Positions 60,675 to 64,000 of a stretch of 64,000 nucleotides of DNA are shown piece after piece; the stretch's first letter is position 1, and the number at the start of each line of letters is the position of its first letter. A model generated the notes under the pieces. It searched no databases and had not been told where the DNA came from. It saw only the letters and a program-made list of their open reading frames with translations. Location: the NCBI GenBank assembly GCA_907165135.1, contig OU015568.1:16069208-16133207 (forward strand). The letters run 5' to 3'. The position numbers and the translations under genes were made by a program. Source of the DNA: Oikopleura dioica. Taxonomy: Eukaryota; Animalia; Chordata.

Positions 60675-62599
60675 ATGCAAGTTTCCTCGCATCCAAAAGA
60701 ATTGACTAGAGAAGCTGTTGAGAAATGGCTGCAAGATTTTAAAAAGAAATTGAAGAGAACGACGAGTAGAGATGATTTGGACAGATTGATTTTGTCGGTG
60801 GAGAGATACGAGTTTGAAGATATACATTGTGCTGGGTGGGAAGAGGTTATTTTTCAAAATGGAAAAGGAAGAGTTTTTGGAAAGAATTGGAAGGGAAATT
60901 TTTCAGAACAATGGGCAATGACTTCATTTCAAAAAATGATCCTCGGCGAAAATCCACAATTAGAAGGACGAAGGATCAAGCGCTTAGAACTCAAAGAAGA
61001 AACTGGAGAATGGATTATCGACGAATTTCATCAGCAAAAATTAATTTCAGCCGGAGGAGAAGCAATTGTTTTGGAAGAAAAATTTGGAGGATTGGAAATT
61101 GCGGTTCGAGTTCAAGCTTTTGATTCGGCGCTTTTTGTTGGGAAGACTGAAGAAATGGAATATGAAATTAATCTTTCGGAAGGTATTTTTATTTTTTTAA
61201 AATAGTTTCTCCTTTTTAAGACTACGATACCGCTCATAACGACGAAGAAGACGACGCTGAAGTTATCCCTGTTCATCCAAACGTGATCAAAAACTTCTGC
61301 AACATCGAAATTTACGCGAGCAAAGACGAAAAAAGACAAAACTGCCTCGGATGGATTACGATTATGGAGAAATGCGACTCAGATTTAAGAAGCAGATTGA
61401 AATTGGAAGATTTGAGCTTGGAAAAAAGGAAGAAAATTGCGATTGGAGTGAGAGAGGGATACAAGTATTTGTGGAACATTGGAATTTGGCATTACGATCA
61501 GAAGCGGCAGTTATCTAATTTTGGAAAAACTGAGGATGGATCGTAACAAAAAGGTTTGGTTAAGGAGGGATCATAACACTAAGGATTTTCCAAGGAAGGA
61601 ACGTAACAAAAATTATTTACTAACGATGGAAAGAATTATTTGGAAACTTCGATTTTTCAAGTGCAATTTTAAGGGTGTTAGAGGCCTAACGGCCGAATTA
61701 AAACCCGCCAAAATGAAAGAGGGGGCCGAGAGCTTCATTTTAATGTGGGTTTCTTTAGGCCGGTAGGCCTCTAACACCCTTAAAATTGCACTTGAAAAAT
61801 CGAAGTTTCCAAATAATTCTTTCCATCGTTAGTAAATAATTTTTGTTACGTTCCTTCCTTGGAAAATCCTTAGTGTTATGATCCCTCCTTAACCAAACCT
61901 TTTTGTTACGATCCATCCTTAGTTTTTCCTATTTTAGATAAACGCCTCAGAAGCCGGAAAATATTTTATTGAAAAATGGCGAATGCAAATGGATCGATTT
62001 TGGGATAATTGAGGAAAGTACTGGAAGGGAGAGCTATCGACGAATGGGCTACGCGAGGGAAGGGAGCAAATATAGATATTGTAAATATTTATGTAAGTTT
62101 TGAATTGAAATTATTTGAAAATAATTTGCTCGTGTTTAATTTTTTCTCAGATGCTGGATCTGCTGCCTTTTCGGTAAGTTATCAACTTTGTAAAAGATTG
62201 GGAGTAGGAAGAATAGACGAGTATTCACCACTTCACGTTTTGATTCTATGTGATTGGAAAACTGCCTGGAGTCTTCTTTTCAAACCGATCGAAAGAGACG
62301 GAAGAGAGAAAATTGAAGAAGAACTTAAGGTAAGAGCTTGTTTCTGCAATTGAAGAAATATCAAGGCGTGCAATGCTGAGTGGCTCTCGAGAGGAAATCC
62401 ATTAACCGAAGAAATCGTAAACGTGTCAAAAATAATTTCTCTAAAGAACACGGCTCCGGATTTTTGCCTGGACGATCCAAATTTAACGAAATCGACGGCA
62501 ATGGCGAGTCTCAAGCAAAAACTGACGAGACAGATCAACTTCGACTTCAAAAATGTGACGAAAAGTGTTTTAAACCAAAAAGAAAGTAATCTTTGTGTT
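60675..62599 (+). pseudogene. Kinase-protease fusion copy 2, disrupted
   Basis: Colinear and highly similar to copy 1 (MQVSSHPKELTREAVEKWL...); MITE in the catalytic-loop exon; LTR element right after QKESNLC. Confidence 0.88.
61506..61946. mobile_element. GGC-ended foldback MITE with 8-bp TSD (Merlin-like) in the kinase catalytic loop
   Basis: Termini ggcagttatctaa / ttagataaacgcc; TSD tcagaagc at 61498-61505 and 61947-61954; about 150-bp near-perfect inverted arms. Confidence 0.9.
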
Positions 62600-62915
62600 A
62601 GAGATGTGCTGAATAAGGGTTTCACCAGCGCATAGGCGCACCCGAGCAAATGTCGTAAACTACATGTCCGCGAGTCCTCGGCACAACTCGACACTCTGAT
62701 TCTGACACTCTGACTTTTGACACTCTGATACAAAGACAACCAAAAGATACTCCTTCTGAAACACTCCACCTTTTGATACACTCTGCTCTCTCCAGAGATC
62801 AATACAATCAACTGTAAACTTAACCGTGTTTGACCATCATGAGGCATGAGCAACTACAGTAGCATAAGGCAACGCCGCCCGGCCAAATATCCAGCACATC
62901 CGTTCAACTTCTATC
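62596..62915 (+). mobile_element. 5' LTR of a Ty3/gypsy-type (Tor-like) retrotransposon; boundaries approximate
   Basis: Homology with copy 1 stops at ctttgtgtt; new sequence starts tgttagag; internal gacactctga repeats; followed directly by a PBS-like motif and a long ORF. Confidence 0.7.
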
Positions 62916-62928
62916 TGGTGACTTCGAG
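62916..62928 (+). promoter_or_regulatory. Putative primer-binding site (tRNA-Trp-like)
   Basis: TGGTGACTTCGAG resembles the Trp PBS TGGTGACCCCGAC, with mismatches. Confidence 0.55.
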
Positions 62929-62937
62929 AAAACAACA

Positions 62938-64000
62938 ATGGTGCCCACAAGTAAGTCAGTAAGGTATGAGATACAAAGACTGAAAATCTATGGAATTCCG
63001 GATGCTCTTATTTCTCAAATAAAAGCTCATTACAAAATCGAATCAAAAAGAAATTTTCAAAGTGGACTCTTTGAATATTTCTTTAACATTCATGGAGAAG
63101 AAATCAGACCGCACTTATTAGCATGTCCTTTTTATCTGAAAGATAAAAATAAAAACGAACCCTACGCGAATCTTTACCTGGCTCTTGCCTTTCCCGACAA
63201 AAATCAAGTAACGGATGACCAATTTATGAAATTATATTCCTATGACGAACTATGGGAAAAAGTTCCGGAGAATATTGACAATATCCCAATATTTGATCCG
63301 AGAAATATTGGAACTGTCGAGAAAAACATCGAAAATTCTTTAGTTTTTCTGTATAAAAGACATATCATTGATAGGAAAACAATTTCAAATTTCAAATTTG
63401 GGCAATCTGATGAAATTTTTGATCCAGCTCAGACAGAAATTAAAACAGAATATTTTGGGGACAAAAGCTCAATAATTTCAATGATTCAATTGACTGATAA
63501 AAACCAATCCAATGCTTCAAAATTTAAGAGAACGAGGGATATTGAAAGTGAAAAATTAGCCAAAATCACAAGGTCTAAAATAAACTCGAACCCCGCGAAA
63601 ATTTCGTATGACATAAATTTTCTTAGTTCTTCTGAAGATGAATCAGATTCTGGGTCATCAGTCATTCAGATGGGAACCGATGGTCCTGGTTCTCGGGGAA
63701 AATATTTTTCAGAAAGAGATGCGTTAGTGAACAACATTGAGCATTCAGAAGAAATGAAAATGAGTCAAATAAAGAAATTTTCGGCTAACGACGATACTGA
63801 TGGCCTGCTCTTGTGGGCGGAAAATCAGATTTTTAATCTAAAATTGCAAAACTGCAATAAGACATTATCTGATAGTGTGATTATAGGCTCTCTTATCTCA
63901 AAAATTGAAAATAGATCAGTAGCAGATGGAATTTCATCGAAATTACAGGATTTACAGAAACGAGGGATGCAAATTACGATAAAGAGATTTACCGCTTTAA
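62938..64000 (+). CDS. Gag-like ORF of LTR retrotransposon, runs off the window
   Basis: Intronless frame open from ATG 62938 (MVPTSKSVRYEIQRLKIYG...) to the window end, 22 nt after the start of the PBS; KKFSANDDTDGLLLWAENQ resembles a capsid motif. Missing from the ORF track because no stop is reached. Confidence 0.75.
   Translation, partial: MVPTSKSVRYEIQRLKIYGIPDALISQIKAHYKIESKRNFQSGLFEYFFNIHGEEIRPHLLACPFYLKDKNKNEPYANLYLALAFPDKNQVTDDQFMKLYSYDELWEKVPENIDNIPIFDPRNIGTVEKNIENSLVFLYKRHIIDRKTISNFKFGQSDEIFDPAQTEIKTEYFGDKSSIISMIQLTDKNQSNASKFKRTRDIESEKLAKITRSKINSNPAKISYDINFLSSSEDESDSGSSVIQMGTDGPGSRGKYFSERDALVNNIEHSEEMKMSQIKKFSANDDTDGLLLWAENQIFNLKLQNCNKTLSDSVIIGSLISKIENRSVADGISSKLQDLQKRGMQITIKRFTAL

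Noticed and set aside
1-64000. rRNA, tRNA, snRNA or spliced-leader RNA genes; autonomous DNA transposases
   Set aside because: None recognised by eye; tRNAscan, Infernal and a transposase HMM search would be needed to exclude them.

Overview
Eukaryotic, not prokaryotic, DNA. Compact genes with many 35-50 nt introns, AG acceptors just upstream of start codons, closely packed co-oriented genes and dense MITE families fit an appendicularian tunicate genome such as Oikopleura (species is inferred). Recognisable genes: a polycystin-2 (PKD2-family) channel, a kelch-repeat protein, a BAR-domain protein, POLDIP2, a full-length ABCA transporter, a six-TIL-domain secreted protein and several orphans. 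The two long 56-bp tandem arrays are not CRISPR (no spacers); each lies inside a different non-autonomous hAT-like element with an 8-bp TSD. Most interesting: (1) a duplicated gene fusing a non-RD protein kinase to a papain-fold cysteine protease domain with papain-like Q-C and H-N spacing; (2) MITEs inside coding exons whose termini supply an AG acceptor, most clearly a CTAG-ended element in POLDIP2 that could be spliced as a GA-AG intron leaving exactly 12 nt in either orientation; (3) one G-rich leader plus hairpin-satellite cassette shared by two elements with different TIRs. The window ends inside the gag ORF of an LTR retrotransposon inserted into the second kinase-protease copy. Exon boundaries were read by eye and many are approximate.
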